DNA of 47,258 nucleotides from positions 1 through 47,258 of the forward strand of contig CAZMOR010000043.1 of NCBI GenBank assembly GCA_964567795.1, read 5' to 3'. Shown one piece after another: positions 1 to 9,582 of this stretch; the first letter of the stretch is position 1; every line of letters begins with the position of its first letter. A program made the translations under genes and the position numbers. The DNA is from an uncultured Verrucomicrobiota bacterium. Its GTDB lineage: Bacteria > Verrucomicrobiota > Kiritimatiellia > CAIQIC01 > Lenti-01. Under the pieces are notes generated by a model. The model did not search any database, had not been told where the DNA came from, and saw only the letters and a list, made by a program, of their open reading frames with translations.

Positions 1-1
1 G

Positions 2-232
2 CTGCCGGCGGATGCCGCGCCGGAACGCCAGGCGGCGGTTGAAAGCGTGCTTCAGGCCCGGCTGGCGCGGCACCGCCTGGAAAGCGCCTCGGTGCGCGAA
101 GGCATCGCGAGCTACCAATACGTGTTCTCGGGCCTGAAGGGGGACATCGCGGCGCTGCAGGCGGAACTGGCGCGCCAGGCCCCGGTGCAGACGCTGAACG
201 TCTTCCTCGACCGCCCCGGTGGCATCCGCTGA
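2..232 (+). CDS. 3' end of a CDS running off the left window edge (hypothetical protein fragment)
   Basis: Frame 2 is open from the window edge to TGA at 230-232. The listed 47..232 ORF is only its Met-onward part. The stop lies 1 nt before the ATG at 234 of the next gene. No recognisable motif. Confidence 0.35.
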   Translation: MPADAAPERQAAVESVLQARLARHRLESASVREGIASYQYVFSGLKGDIAALQAELARQAPVQTLNVFLDRPGGIR

Positions 233-233
233 A

Positions 234-3179
234 ATGAAGTGGCGCGGGGTTTTGTGGTTCGCCCTGCTGCTGGCGGCAGCGGCCGGCCTGACCGGCCTCT
301 ACCGTTCTGATCATTATCTGTTCGAACTCCCGGATGCGTGGGTCCAGAGTTGCGCTAAACGGTTGAGCTTTCACCTGGCCAAGGATGACGGCCTGGCCCT
401 GCTGCTGCCGCTGGATGAAGCGCAGCCCGTGGAATGGATCGGGCGTCGCGAAATCCATTATCCCGGCACCGACCGCGTTCCGGGCCGGTTCGGCTCCGCC
501 CGCCGTTTCGACGGAAAATCCCATGCCGGCATCGAAACCACGACCAAATGGTCATCGCTCGGGCTGAACTACACGCTCTCGTTGTGGCTCAAGCTGGCGG
601 ATGAAGGTCGCGACCAGGAAATCTGGTACACCGACATCCAGGGGCGGCCGACGGGACTCAAGCTGCGCAACGGCCAGATGACCCTTTTCGTTCCGGGCGG
701 GTCGCAAATGCAGTGCGCCGCCTATCCGTTTACTTCCTACGGGCGCTTTGTCCATCTGGCCGCCGTGGTGAGCAGTCCGAACGGCACGGCCCGCCTCTAT
801 GAAAACGGCGAACTGATGGTGGAAGTGCCCGTGGAAGCGGTTGCTCCGCCGGTCCACAACATCGAGTTTGGCAAGATGCGCTGGTACGTGGCCGACAATC
901 CGGTCAGCGGCGATCTTGACGAAATCGCCGCTTGGAACCGGGCGCTCACGCCCCGGGAAATCCGGCGGCTGGCGCAGGCCCGGCAATCCCTTCTGGCCAC
1001 CCTGCAGCCCTGGCGCTACTTGCGCTGGCATTTCGCCCGGACGCTTCAGGCGGAAATTAAAAATATCCTGAAGCTGCTGGACCGGTTCAATCTGTGGCTT
1101 CCAGAAGGCGGTAAAACGGACACCGACCTGCCTGAAATTGTTTTGCATTTCAGTTCCGGCGATGCCCGGCATTTCGTCCACACCCACGAGCAAAGCCTGG
1201 CGTCCGGCCGGCGTACCGACAAGGGCGCCAAATTCCGGCGCATCTTCGCCCAATACGAAGGCAAAACCGTCGAAGCCCAGCTCCAGTTGGACGGATCGGA
1301 TGATCGATATGAAGCAAGTCGCCGGCCGGGGTTCATTCTGCTCGCGCCCGCTGACGCCCCGGTGTTCGGTGTCCGGCGGCTGCATCTGGTTCCGCCCGAA
1401 AACCTGGCCGAAAACCTCGCGGCTCTCGGCCTTGCCCTGAACCAGAAAAACATCCGGCCGACAATAACGAACGGTCTGTGCCGCCTGTTGATCGGCGGTC
1501 AATCCCGGGGTATTTATTATTTTGAATCGTACGACCAGTTCGGGTTGGAGCCCGGCGAACGTTCGGATGTCACCACGGGATCCGGCAATCGCGACAAGTG
1601 GGGCTGGCTGTTCCGCGCGCTGTCGTCCGTGACTGGATATCCATGCCCCGGAATCAGCCGTTCGGATTTGAAATCCCGCTTGGAACAGGTGCAGCAACTC
1701 CTGGCGAGCGACCTGTACCATCCCTGGAGCCGCCGGGAATGGTCCTGGCGCGTTCACCATTTCTTGTCCGGACCGGCCCCGGCCTGCCCGCGTTGGACGG
1801 AAATCCTATCGCCCTATGCGCTGCTGGGCCGGAATCCTTCGCCGGACTACATTGTGGGCGATCTCGAGTTGCAGGCCGTTCCCGGCCTGCCGTCGGACCT
1901 GGCTTGGAGCAGTTCGCGGCCCGATATAATTGACGACCGCGGCCATGTGCAGCGCCCGGACGGCGACCGGCCCGTCCAGGTTGTGCTCACCGCGAGCCGC
2001 CGTTCCGGCGACACCGTTGAAACCCGACCGCTCCCCTTCCGCGTCATGCCCCGGGACCGCAAGCTGCCGGCGCTGATGCTGTACGTCCGGGAACCCCTGT
2101 CCTTTTTCCGGCGCGCCGATTTCACCGCCCTCTACCATCCGGCCCACGATGAAACCACCGTGCAGTTTCTCGAAGGCGGGCAGGATCGGGGAGCCGGCAT
2201 CAAGCATCACGGCAACACCACGTTCTGGGACTGCCCCGGCAAAAAGCCCCTTTCGCTGGAATTCGACGAGCCCCATCACTTGCTCGACGGTACCGAAACC
2301 CGGCATCTCAATCTGCTCAACGGCTGCGTCGATACCACGCGGCTGAAGAACAAGCTGGCCTACGACCTGTTCCGCGCCTTTGCGAAGGGGGACCAGCCGC
2401 GCTACGCCCCCGAAACCGGCTGGACGGAGGTCTTCATAAACGGAGTGTATTCCGGCGTATATGAAATGAGCACCCGCATCCATGGCGCCATGCTGGGAGT
2501 CGATGAGGAACCGGAACATCCAGAGGCCGCGCCCCTGCTGTTCCGACAGCGGGCCGCGCCCAAGTATTATTTCGCGGAACCCTGGGACGATGAATTCGCG
2601 CAGGTTTTGCCGCCGCCCAAGATGCTGACCCGCAAAGGTGTCATGCTGGACCTGCTGCGGTTTACGAGCCTGGCCAAAACCAACCAGTTTGCGCAAGAGG
2701 CCGCCACCCGCTTCGATTTAGACAACTTGATCGACTATCTGCTGCTGATCAATGCCACGGGGAACGTTGATGGTCGAACGGCCAACTTCTACATGGCCCG
2801 GGACACCGCCCCCGGTTCGGGCTTCTTCATCATCCCCTATGATTTCGACCATTCTTTCGAAGCCCCCTGCTGGCTGAGCAACTTCCTGTATGACCGCCTG
2901 CGCGCCGAAGTCCCGGGATTTGAAGATCGGCTGCGCCGGCGCTGGGCGGAATTGAGGCAAGGGCCGCTGGCCCGAACCGCCCTCGCTGAACGCCTCGGCC
3001 AGATGGCCGCCACGCTGGATGGCTACATGGATTGGGACATGGCCCAGATCGGCGAGACTTCTCCTGCCGCTTATCTGAACGTGGTCGCGGATCTGCAGCA
3101 GAAAATGGCAACACAGCTGGATTTCGTGGATTCCGAACTCGGTTATGCGCCGGCGGGCGCTGCGGCGCCGCAAAACTAG
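234..3179 (+). CDS. Secreted or membrane-anchored LamG (concanavalin-like) + CotH kinase-like domain protein
   Basis: ATG at 234 gives MKWRGVLWFALLLAAAAGL, a signal or anchor. The LamG-like block is LSLWLKLADEG...NGQMTLFVPG...YENGELMVEV...GDLDEIAAWNRALTPREI. The CotH-like block is KKPLSLEFDE...LLNGCVDTTRLKNKLAYDLFRAF...WTEVFINGVYSGVYEMSTRIH...NFYMARD...FIIPYDFDHSF. This is the longest ORF in the region with a normal amino-acid composition. Confidence 0.8.
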   Translation: MKWRGVLWFALLLAAAAGLTGLYRSDHYLFELPDAWVQSCAKRLSFHLAKDDGLALLLPLDEAQPVEWIGRREIHYPGTDRVPGRFGSARRFDGKSHAGIETTTKWSSLGLNYTLSLWLKLADEGRDQEIWYTDIQGRPTGLKLRNGQMTLFVPGGSQMQCAAYPFTSYGRFVHLAAVVSSPNGTARLYENGELMVEVPVEAVAPPVHNIEFGKMRWYVADNPVSGDLDEIAAWNRALTPREIRRLAQARQSLLATLQPWRYLRWHFARTLQAEIKNILKLLDRFNLWLPEGGKTDTDLPEIVLHFSSGDARHFVHTHEQSLASGRRTDKGAKFRRIFAQYEGKTVEAQLQLDGSDDRYEASRRPGFILLAPADAPVFGVRRLHLVPPENLAENLAALGLALNQKNIRPTITNGLCRLLIGGQSRGIYYFESYDQFGLEPGERSDVTTGSGNRDKWGWLFRALSSVTGYPCPGISRSDLKSRLEQVQQLLASDLYHPWSRREWSWRVHHFLSGPAPACPRWTEILSPYALLGRNPSPDYIVGDLELQAVPGLPSDLAWSSSRPDIIDDRGHVQRPDGDRPVQVVLTASRRSGDTVETRPLPFRVMPRDRKLPALMLYVREPLSFFRRADFTALYHPAHDETTVQFLEGGQDRGAGIKHHGNTTFWDCPGKKPLSLEFDEPHHLLDGTETRHLNLLNGCVDTTRLKNKLAYDLFRAFAKGDQPRYAPETGWTEVFINGVYSGVYEMSTRIHGAMLGVDEEPEHPEAAPLLFRQRAAPKYYFAEPWDDEFAQVLPPPKMLTRKGVMLDLLRFTSLAKTNQFAQEAATRFDLDNLIDYLLLINATGNVDGRTANFYMARDTAPGSGFFIIPYDFDHSFEAPCWLSNFLYDRLRAEVPGFEDRLRRRWAELRQGPLARTALAERLGQMAATLDGYMDWDMAQIGETSPAAYLNVVADLQQKMATQLDFVDSELGYAPAGAAAPQN

Positions 3180-4312
3180 GCCGGCCGGCCGGTCCCCCGG
3201 GCAGCCGCCGCACCAACCAGCACCTGCCAGAGCTTCTCCGCACTGGCTTCCCAGGTGAAGGCCGCGGCGCGTTGTTTGGCGGACTCGACCAGACGCAACC
3301 GTTCTGCGCGCGGCAGGTTGACCGCGGCCAGCAGGGCCTGGGCGAATGCGGACTCGTCGCGGCCATCCGCATACAGCACCGTCTCGCCGCCGATTTCAGG
3401 AATGGACGCCTCCCGCGTGGTCAGCACCGGCACGCCCGCGCACATGGACTCCAGCACCGGCAGTCCAAAGCCTTCGTAGAGCGACGGAAACACAAACCAG
3501 TCCGCGGCCTGGTACAACCCGATCAGTTCGAGCCACGGCAAGCCCGGCAGGCGAACCACGCGGCCGGCCGGAGATTCCTGCACGGCGGATGCCACCTCCG
3601 CCTCGCCCAGGCGCGCCTTGCCCACCAGCACCAGCCGGTGCGGAATGGCGGCGGCCACGCGGTTGAACGCCCGGACAAGCAGCGCGGTGTTTTTGTGCGG
3701 ATAGGTGTGCGCCACGCACAGGAGGAAGGGCCCGGGCGGCACCCCGTCCGGAACCGGCTGCTTTTTCCGAAAGAGGGGATCCACCCCTTCCAGCGTCACG
3801 AACACGCGGTCGGCCGGCGCGCCGGTGAATGCCACGATTTCCCGCTTGGCGAATTCCGTCGGCGCCACCAGGGCGGAGCAATGACGGGCGACCCCGGGAT
3901 AGAGCACATCCATGGTGCGCGCGGCCAGCCAGGTCACATCGGCCGGAAACCGCTTGTACTGCATGTCGTGCATGGTTGCGACCTGGGGGCAGGCACAGCA
4001 AAACGGGGCCGTATAGCCGGGCGACCACAGCACGTCCACGCCTGACCGCTTAACAAGCCGCGGCAGTTGGAATTGCTCGGCCAGAATGCGGACAAAGCGG
4101 TTCGTAGCCCCGATGCCCGCCGCCACCACCTCCGCTTCCGGAAATTCGCCCCGCAGCTTGCCCTCGTTTTCGACATTGGAAAACAGCACCAGATCCGGCC
4201 GGTCCGGGCGGCGCACGAGCGCGCGCAGCGTTTCCAGCAGATAGGTTTCGGTTCCGCCGACTTCCCCCGGCAGATAAAAAAGCGTGTTAACGCCCAGGCG
4301 CAGGGCGTTCAT
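3176..4312 (-). CDS. Glycosyltransferase, GT4 (GT-B, group 1) family
   Basis: 378 aa, starting MNALRLGVNTLFYLPGEVGGTETY. The C-terminal signature is FVFPSLYEGFGLPVLESMCAGVPVLTT (E-x7-E type motif). Last gene of the long minus-strand operon. Confidence 0.85.
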   Translation of the reverse strand: MNALRLGVNTLFYLPGEVGGTETYLLETLRALVRRPDRPDLVLFSNVENEGKLRGEFPEAEVVAAGIGATNRFVRILAEQFQLPRLVKRSGVDVLWSPGYTAPFCCACPQVATMHDMQYKRFPADVTWLAARTMDVLYPGVARHCSALVAPTEFAKREIVAFTGAPADRVFVTLEGVDPLFRKKQPVPDGVPPGPFLLCVAHTYPHKNTALLVRAFNRVAAAIPHRLVLVGKARLGEAEVASAVQESPAGRVVRLPGLPWLELIGLYQAADWFVFPSLYEGFGLPVLESMCAGVPVLTTREASIPEIGGETVLYADGRDESAFAQALLAAVNLPRAERLRLVESAKQRAAAFTWEASAEKLWQVLVGAAAARGTGRPA

Positions 4313-4769
4313 CGGACGGCTCCTTGGAGGCGGGCGGCGGCGCCAACCGGCTTTCCAGTTCCCGGATCCGCGCCTCCAGGATCGCGCAGCGGGAGGCCGT
4401 GGCCGCGGCCTTGTCGTTCAAGGCCGACAGCGCGATCGAAAAATGGAATGACACCAGAACCAGGAAAACGAAAACCACGGCCACGACGGAAGTGACATAC
4501 TGCATCCCCAGCCAATGACGGGCGGCATCCATCACCTGCGGGAAAAAGGCGGCCAAAATGATCATCATGGCCGTTGCCAGCCACAGGACGGCGTATTTCT
4601 CCCGCAGTTTGTAGCTCCGGATGGCCAGCAACGTGATCAGAAAAACCCCCAGGCTGACCGCACCCATCAGGACGCGGATCCGGGTCATCTGGCTGGCCGC
4701 CGCCAACCACGGCCAGCTGATCCAGGCCGCAATGGCCAGAAGCACCATGACACCCAGGCATTTTTTCAC
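4287..4769 (-). CDS. Small 4-TM membrane protein with C-terminal coiled coil (DUF2304-like), partner of the upstream GT2
   Basis: The hydrophobic core runs MVLLAIAAWISWPWL...LGVFLITLLAI...AVLWLATAMMIILAAFF...VVAVVFVFLVLVSFHF, followed by ILEARIRELESRL. A GTG at 4769 overlaps the GT2 stop by 4 nt (GTGA). An alternative ATG lies at 4748. The 242-aa ORF in the track is an over-extension. Confidence 0.65.
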   Translation of the reverse strand: MKKCLGVMVLLAIAAWISWPWLAAASQMTRIRVLMGAVSLGVFLITLLAIRSYKLREKYAVLWLATAMMIILAAFFPQVMDAARHWLGMQYVTSVVAVVFVFLVLVSFHFSIALSALNDKAAATASRCAILEARIRELESRLAPPPASKEPSDERPAPGR

Positions 4770-5527
4770 GGCCGGCCTCCTTGCTTGATGAATTCCGCCG
4801 ATCCATGCGGATTCACCGCCCGCAGCCGGTCCACGAACAGGGCCAAAAAAACCTTGGCCGCAAAATTCAGCGAGCCCCAGACGCGGATGGAGGACTGGCC
4901 CGCCTGGCGGGGCCGGAACGCCACCGGCACCTCTCCCAGCGAAAAGCCCTGGCGCCGCAGCAGCGCGATCGCTTCCGCCTCGGGATAATCCGAGGGGTAG
5001 TGCAGGGCGAAGCATTGCAGCAGCGGCCGCGACACCAGCCAGAAGCCCGAGGTGGGGTCCGTGATGCGCTGGCGACAGATGATGGAGACGAACAGCGCCA
5101 ACCCCTTCAGCACCAGTTGCCGCGACCAGTTGCCGTGGTAGGTGCTGCCCGCGCCGTAACGCGTGCCCACGACCAGATCGACGGGGTGCGCCAGCATGGC
5201 TTCGATCAACTTGCGGGCTTCGGCCGGCGGATGCTGGCCATCGGCGTCCAGCCGGATGAGGTGCCGGCAGCCACTCTCGAGGGCATACTTGAAACCGGTC
5301 TGGACCGCCGGACCAACACCCAGATTGCAGGGCAGGCGCAATACCCGGGCGCCACAGGCCTGCGCCACGGCGGTGGTTCCGTCGGTCGAACCGTCGTCCA
5401 CCACGGTCACCACCGCGCCCGGCAGGTGGTGCCGCACTTCCGCCAGCAAGTCCGGCAACGACGCCTCTTCGTTGAAGGCGGGGATCAGCACCACCGTGGA
5501 ATCCAGAAATGACTGGATGGTTTCCAT
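4766..5527 (-). CDS. GT2 glycosyltransferase, polyprenyl-phosphate sugar synthase-like (DPM1/GtrB-like)
   Basis: The ATG at 5527 gives METIQSFLDSTVVLIPAFNEEASLPDLL...VVTVVDDGSTDGT...IRLDADGQHPP, which are classic GT-A DxD/DAD motifs. The upstream part of the 320-aa track ORF has no GT homology and overlaps the previous gene. Confidence 0.85.
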   Translation of the reverse strand: METIQSFLDSTVVLIPAFNEEASLPDLLAEVRHHLPGAVVTVVDDGSTDGTTAVAQACGARVLRLPCNLGVGPAVQTGFKYALESGCRHLIRLDADGQHPPAEARKLIEAMLAHPVDLVVGTRYGAGSTYHGNWSRQLVLKGLALFVSIICRQRITDPTSGFWLVSRPLLQCFALHYPSDYPEAEAIALLRRQGFSLGEVPVAFRPRQAGQSSIRVWGSLNFAAKVFLALFVDRLRAVNPHGSAEFIKQGGRP

Positions 5528-5534
5528 GACAGAA

Positions 5535-7826
5535 CTAGTCTGGCACGGAAGGACGGGCCGGTTCAATCCGAATGATGATCCGCCGGGCCACGACGCCCAG
5601 ATCGGGGGCATAGCCGCGCAGTCCGAATGCCTGCGGATCGTAGGGCCGCTCCACCCGGCAGGAATAGATGCCGGTGACCGGCCGGGAGACGTCGGCCGCG
5701 GGCCGGGCCAGCATGCCGCGCAATTCATGGCTCCCGACGGGAACCGTCAGCCGCAAGGGGTCCCCCCCCCACGGCGGAACGACCAGCATGACCTGCTCCG
5801 GCCACTCCGGCACCGGCGAGGCCCATTCGCATTCAGCTTCGAAAAGAACCTGCCCGCCCGGTTCCGGCACCGGACCGATGATTCCGCTGCCCTGGCGGGT
5901 CCAGGCCCCGCCGTTGCGCAAAGGTTCCCAGGGCCCCCGCAAGCCGAGGGGACTTCCGTCCAGGATTTTGACTTGTTCAAGGCCGGCGGACGACGACACC
6001 GGGCGCGCCAGGCAAAAACTGGTTTTTACCTCGCGCGTCCCGCGTTCCGCCGGGAAAAAATTCTTGGCGTTTACGACCGGAAAACTGCCCGTGGCCGCAA
6101 AAACGGGATCCAGCGCCAGGCCGTCTTCCAAGGTGCAGGGGGTCCACGCGGTGGCCACCCAGACTTCCTGCGTCTGTGCCAGCGTGGAAATCCATTCGGC
6201 GATTTCCGGCCAGCGGCCGGTGGAGGACTTGCCCAGCCCCATGACCCGGTGTTTCAAATCCGGCGCATAGGGCACCTGATGCGGATGGTAATCGAAGATC
6301 ACCCACCGGTTGGTTCCGATCCGTTCCTCAATCGCCCTGGCCCACTGGGTGGCGCCTTGTTCGTTGACGGCGATATACGGCGCCGGCCAGTGGACCAGGT
6401 TCCATCCGCCGGCCACGACGACGCCCAGGGCCAGCACCATGGCCGTCCGGCGAAAACGGGCGGCCACCGCCGCGAGACCGGCGCCCAGCGGGGCCACCAG
6501 CAGGGAGATTCCGGCCAGCGCCACCGGCACGAAACGGCGCTGGCTCCACAGGCCCGCCGGCGTTTCCACGCCCTTGAGGTAGATGAAAAACAGCGCCGCC
6601 AGGCAGAACGCCGCCAGCAGGACGCGCTCGCGCATCGGCCGGGGCAGCAGAAACAGGCTCAAGCCGCCCGCCAGGACCAAGCCGGCCATGCCCCAGCGGA
6701 TGCCCGTCCAAATGGCGAGCCATCCGTTTTCCAAGGGACCGTCCAAACCATGCGGAATCCATAACGTGGCCAGGCAGGGCAACGCCAGCAGGGCAACGAC
6801 CACGGAACTCCGCCAGCCCGTACGCAGCCAGTTGCGCACATACTCCGCCCGGGCCAGCGCAATCAAGCCGGTCCCGATTCCCGCGGCCACCAGGAAACCC
6901 GCGGCCAGCGCCCGGAGTTCCGGAGTCAAGGTGATCATCTGCCGCAGGATGTCCAGCCGCGTCCAATCCCCGTAGGGATGACAGACCCAGCGGGTCATCG
7001 CCCACAACGGAACGAGTCCTGCCACGGCGCCGCCCAGCAGGGCGCCGAGGGATTTGCGGTCCCGGGATTCCATGACCAGCACCACCCCCACGGGCAGGGC
7101 CAGCATCACCAGTTCAGGGTGAAAACCGATCGAGAGACCCAGCGCCCAGCCCGCCACGGCGGACATGACGCCCCGCCAGGGACGGATCGCGGCGGTCGCC
7201 ACAACGCCCCCGATCAGCACCGATCCGACCGCCTCCGGATAGTAGCCGCGCAGGAACCAGGCGGGCCACGCGGTGGCCAGCGCCAGCGCACCTGCCGCCA
7301 GCAGGCCCCAGCCTTTTCCGGACTGGAAGCCGGCCAATATCACCAGCACCAGCCACAGCGCGCCCATCAAGGGCACAAACCGGTCCGGCGATAAAACCGG
7401 CGACAACCCGCCAGCCGCCAGCGGCAGCAGCGGCTGGAAAAACGGTGTGGTCTTCGTCCGGCCCCAGTCGGACAGTTGGAACACCATGTCGCGTGTCGGC
7501 CGTCCCTGCGGACCCGGCCGGTAGTACAATGCCTGCCGGATGTTCAACGGCACCTGGTCCAGCACCGTGTCGCGATCGTGGAATCCGCGGCCGGCGTGAA
7601 ACGTCCTGGCCATCAACCGGTAGGCCGCCACATCCAGCCCGGCGAAGACTTCTTCATGCGGAATCAGGCAAATCGCAAAGGACAAGCCCAGGCCCAGGAT
7701 CAGCGCCGCCCGCCAGGCCGGCGCCGCTTCCCGCCAGCGTCCCGCCAGGCGTGCGCCGGTCCAGAAAACCATGGCCGCCATGGGCAGCACCGCTGCCAGC
7801 ATCGTCAGGATCATGAGTAGACGCAT
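5535..7826 (-). CDS. Large polytopic membrane protein with about 250-aa C-terminal soluble domain (putative GT-C-type glycosyltransferase or polymerase)
   Basis: 763 aa, starting MRLLMILTMLAAVLPMAAMVFW. There are more than 10 predicted hydrophobic helices over about 500 aa, then a hydrophilic domain. It sits in the glycan operon. The function is inferred from topology and context only. Confidence 0.55.
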   Translation of the reverse strand: MRLLMILTMLAAVLPMAAMVFWTGARLAGRWREAAPAWRAALILGLGLSFAICLIPHEEVFAGLDVAAYRLMARTFHAGRGFHDRDTVLDQVPLNIRQALYYRPGPQGRPTRDMVFQLSDWGRTKTTPFFQPLLPLAAGGLSPVLSPDRFVPLMGALWLVLVILAGFQSGKGWGLLAAGALALATAWPAWFLRGYYPEAVGSVLIGGVVATAAIRPWRGVMSAVAGWALGLSIGFHPELVMLALPVGVVLVMESRDRKSLGALLGGAVAGLVPLWAMTRWVCHPYGDWTRLDILRQMITLTPELRALAAGFLVAAGIGTGLIALARAEYVRNWLRTGWRSSVVVALLALPCLATLWIPHGLDGPLENGWLAIWTGIRWGMAGLVLAGGLSLFLLPRPMRERVLLAAFCLAALFFIYLKGVETPAGLWSQRRFVPVALAGISLLVAPLGAGLAAVAARFRRTAMVLALGVVVAGGWNLVHWPAPYIAVNEQGATQWARAIEERIGTNRWVIFDYHPHQVPYAPDLKHRVMGLGKSSTGRWPEIAEWISTLAQTQEVWVATAWTPCTLEDGLALDPVFAATGSFPVVNAKNFFPAERGTREVKTSFCLARPVSSSAGLEQVKILDGSPLGLRGPWEPLRNGGAWTRQGSGIIGPVPEPGGQVLFEAECEWASPVPEWPEQVMLVVPPWGGDPLRLTVPVGSHELRGMLARPAADVSRPVTGIYSCRVERPYDPQAFGLRGYAPDLGVVARRIIIRIEPARPSVPD

Positions 7827-7830
7827 GGTT

Positions 7831-9582
7831 TTACTCCGGCCGGATCACCCAGACATCCAAATTCGATGATATATTCATGACACGGACTGGATACGGGGCC
7901 AACTGGGCTTCGATTTTCTGGTTGTACTGCTCGCCCCGGCGCAGGCGTTTCGCGCTATACGCCGAAAGCGCCGGCTGCAGGATCTGCATGGCCCGGGAAG
8001 CCGGCGTCACCGTCATGGGGCGATCCCGTAGGAACCAGACGGGCCCGTCCCGAACGGCCAGCTCCGATATATCCGAAATCGTGTTGGGATGCAAGGTTCG
8101 CACGACATCCCCCTGTCCCGATTCGAAGCCCGACATGTGGCGCGCCAGCACGGTTGCTTGCGGGTCCAGGAACAGCAGATAGCGGACCACATCGGATTCC
8201 GCCGCGCCCCCAAGAAAGACATGCCCGGGCGGAACCGCCAGGCCGGCCAAGGCGGCCAGGGCCAGCCCTGCACCCAAAACGCGGCGGCCGGGCGCGCCGG
8301 CCCAGCGGTTCCAGAGCGAACCGAAAAGCAAGCCGCCCAGGGCGGCGGTGGCCAGCATCAGGCTCCAGCCTTCCCGCTGGTAATTGGTGAATTGAAACAC
8401 GCCCAAATGGACATTGAGGCTCGCCAGCAACCCCCAGGTGCCGACCAGGCGCCAGGCCGCGGCGCGCCGCCGCCAACCGAGAACCAAGGCCGCGGCGAAG
8501 ACCGCCGAGGTGGCCAACGCCAGGAAATTCAGCGCGCCGGAGGCATACCCGATGCGCTTGCAGGCGAAGAAGTTTCCGGCCAGAACCCGCAGCACGTCCA
8601 GCCAGTCGGCACCGGCCGATTCCACGATGCGGGTTTCCCCCGTCAACATCTGGGCCACCCCGATGCCGCGGTCGAGCGGCAACTGGATCGCCATGACCAG
8701 CACGGCGACGAACACCACCGCCAGAAGCGCCAGCAGGTTGAAACGGCCACGGCCGGAATCCCGATCCAGCAGGATGAGCAAACCCAGTAGCAGCAGCACA
8801 TGCAGCAGCATCATCGGCACGGCCACCGCCAGGCCCGCCAAGACCAGCGCCAGCCAGCCCCGCCGGTGCCCGGCGTACGCCCACAACGCCGCCGGAATCA
8901 GCAACAGTCCCAGCTGATTCGCAAAACAACCCACCCCGGTTTTTTGCAGCAGGTAGAAGGCCGGACAGCCCGCCACGAGCGCGGCGGCCGCCAGGCCGGC
9001 CGGCCGGCCGCGCAACTGCGCCAGCAGCGCGTAGGCGCCCAGGACCATTCCCATTCCGAAAAACGCCCCGCCAAACCGCGCCACCCAGTATGGCGGCCCC
9101 GGCAATAGCCACGCCGGCAGCGCCAGCACCCAGGCATAGGCGGGCGGATAGACCGCATGGTTTACACGGCCCCGTTCCAGCACATCCACCAGGAATCCCA
9201 AATGGCTGTAAGCATCCGATTGTCCCAGCGCCCACGTTTGCAGCGGATGGATCAAGCGCACCAGCCACGCCAGCAGCAGAATCGCGAAGATCGGCGAGAC
9301 CCATGAAAGCGGCGCGGTTTCATGCAACCGGCGGCGCAACAACAGTCCGGCGATGATCCATCCGCCCAGCCAGACGAGCACGGCCACGGCCGGTCCGATT
9401 CCGGAGCCATTGCACGCCTGTCCCAGCAGGGCGGCGGCGGAAACGCCTGCCACCCATGAAGCAAACAGGTATTCCCCGGCATCGGTCCAGCGCAACCGGA
9501 CCAAGGTCCAGGCCGGCAGCAGCAGATACAGCAGCAGTTGCATTCCGGTGACCTGCACGGCATGGAGCAGCAGGCTTTTCAT
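7831..9582 (-). CDS. Polytopic membrane protein (putative glycan polymerase or GT-C-like)
   Basis: The ATG at 9582 (MKSLLLHAVQVTGMQLLLYLLLPAW) overlaps the upstream stop by 4 nt (ATGA). There are many hydrophobic helices and a short soluble C-terminus. No specific family recognised. Confidence 0.55.
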   Translation of the reverse strand: MKSLLLHAVQVTGMQLLLYLLLPAWTLVRLRWTDAGEYLFASWVAGVSAAALLGQACNGSGIGPAVAVLVWLGGWIIAGLLLRRRLHETAPLSWVSPIFAILLLAWLVRLIHPLQTWALGQSDAYSHLGFLVDVLERGRVNHAVYPPAYAWVLALPAWLLPGPPYWVARFGGAFFGMGMVLGAYALLAQLRGRPAGLAAAALVAGCPAFYLLQKTGVGCFANQLGLLLIPAALWAYAGHRRGWLALVLAGLAVAVPMMLLHVLLLLGLLILLDRDSGRGRFNLLALLAVVFVAVLVMAIQLPLDRGIGVAQMLTGETRIVESAGADWLDVLRVLAGNFFACKRIGYASGALNFLALATSAVFAAALVLGWRRRAAAWRLVGTWGLLASLNVHLGVFQFTNYQREGWSLMLATAALGGLLFGSLWNRWAGAPGRRVLGAGLALAALAGLAVPPGHVFLGGAAESDVVRYLLFLDPQATVLARHMSGFESGQGDVVRTLHPNTISDISELAVRDGPVWFLRDRPMTVTPASRAMQILQPALSAYSAKRLRRGEQYNQKIEAQLAPYPVRVMNISSNLDVWVIRPE

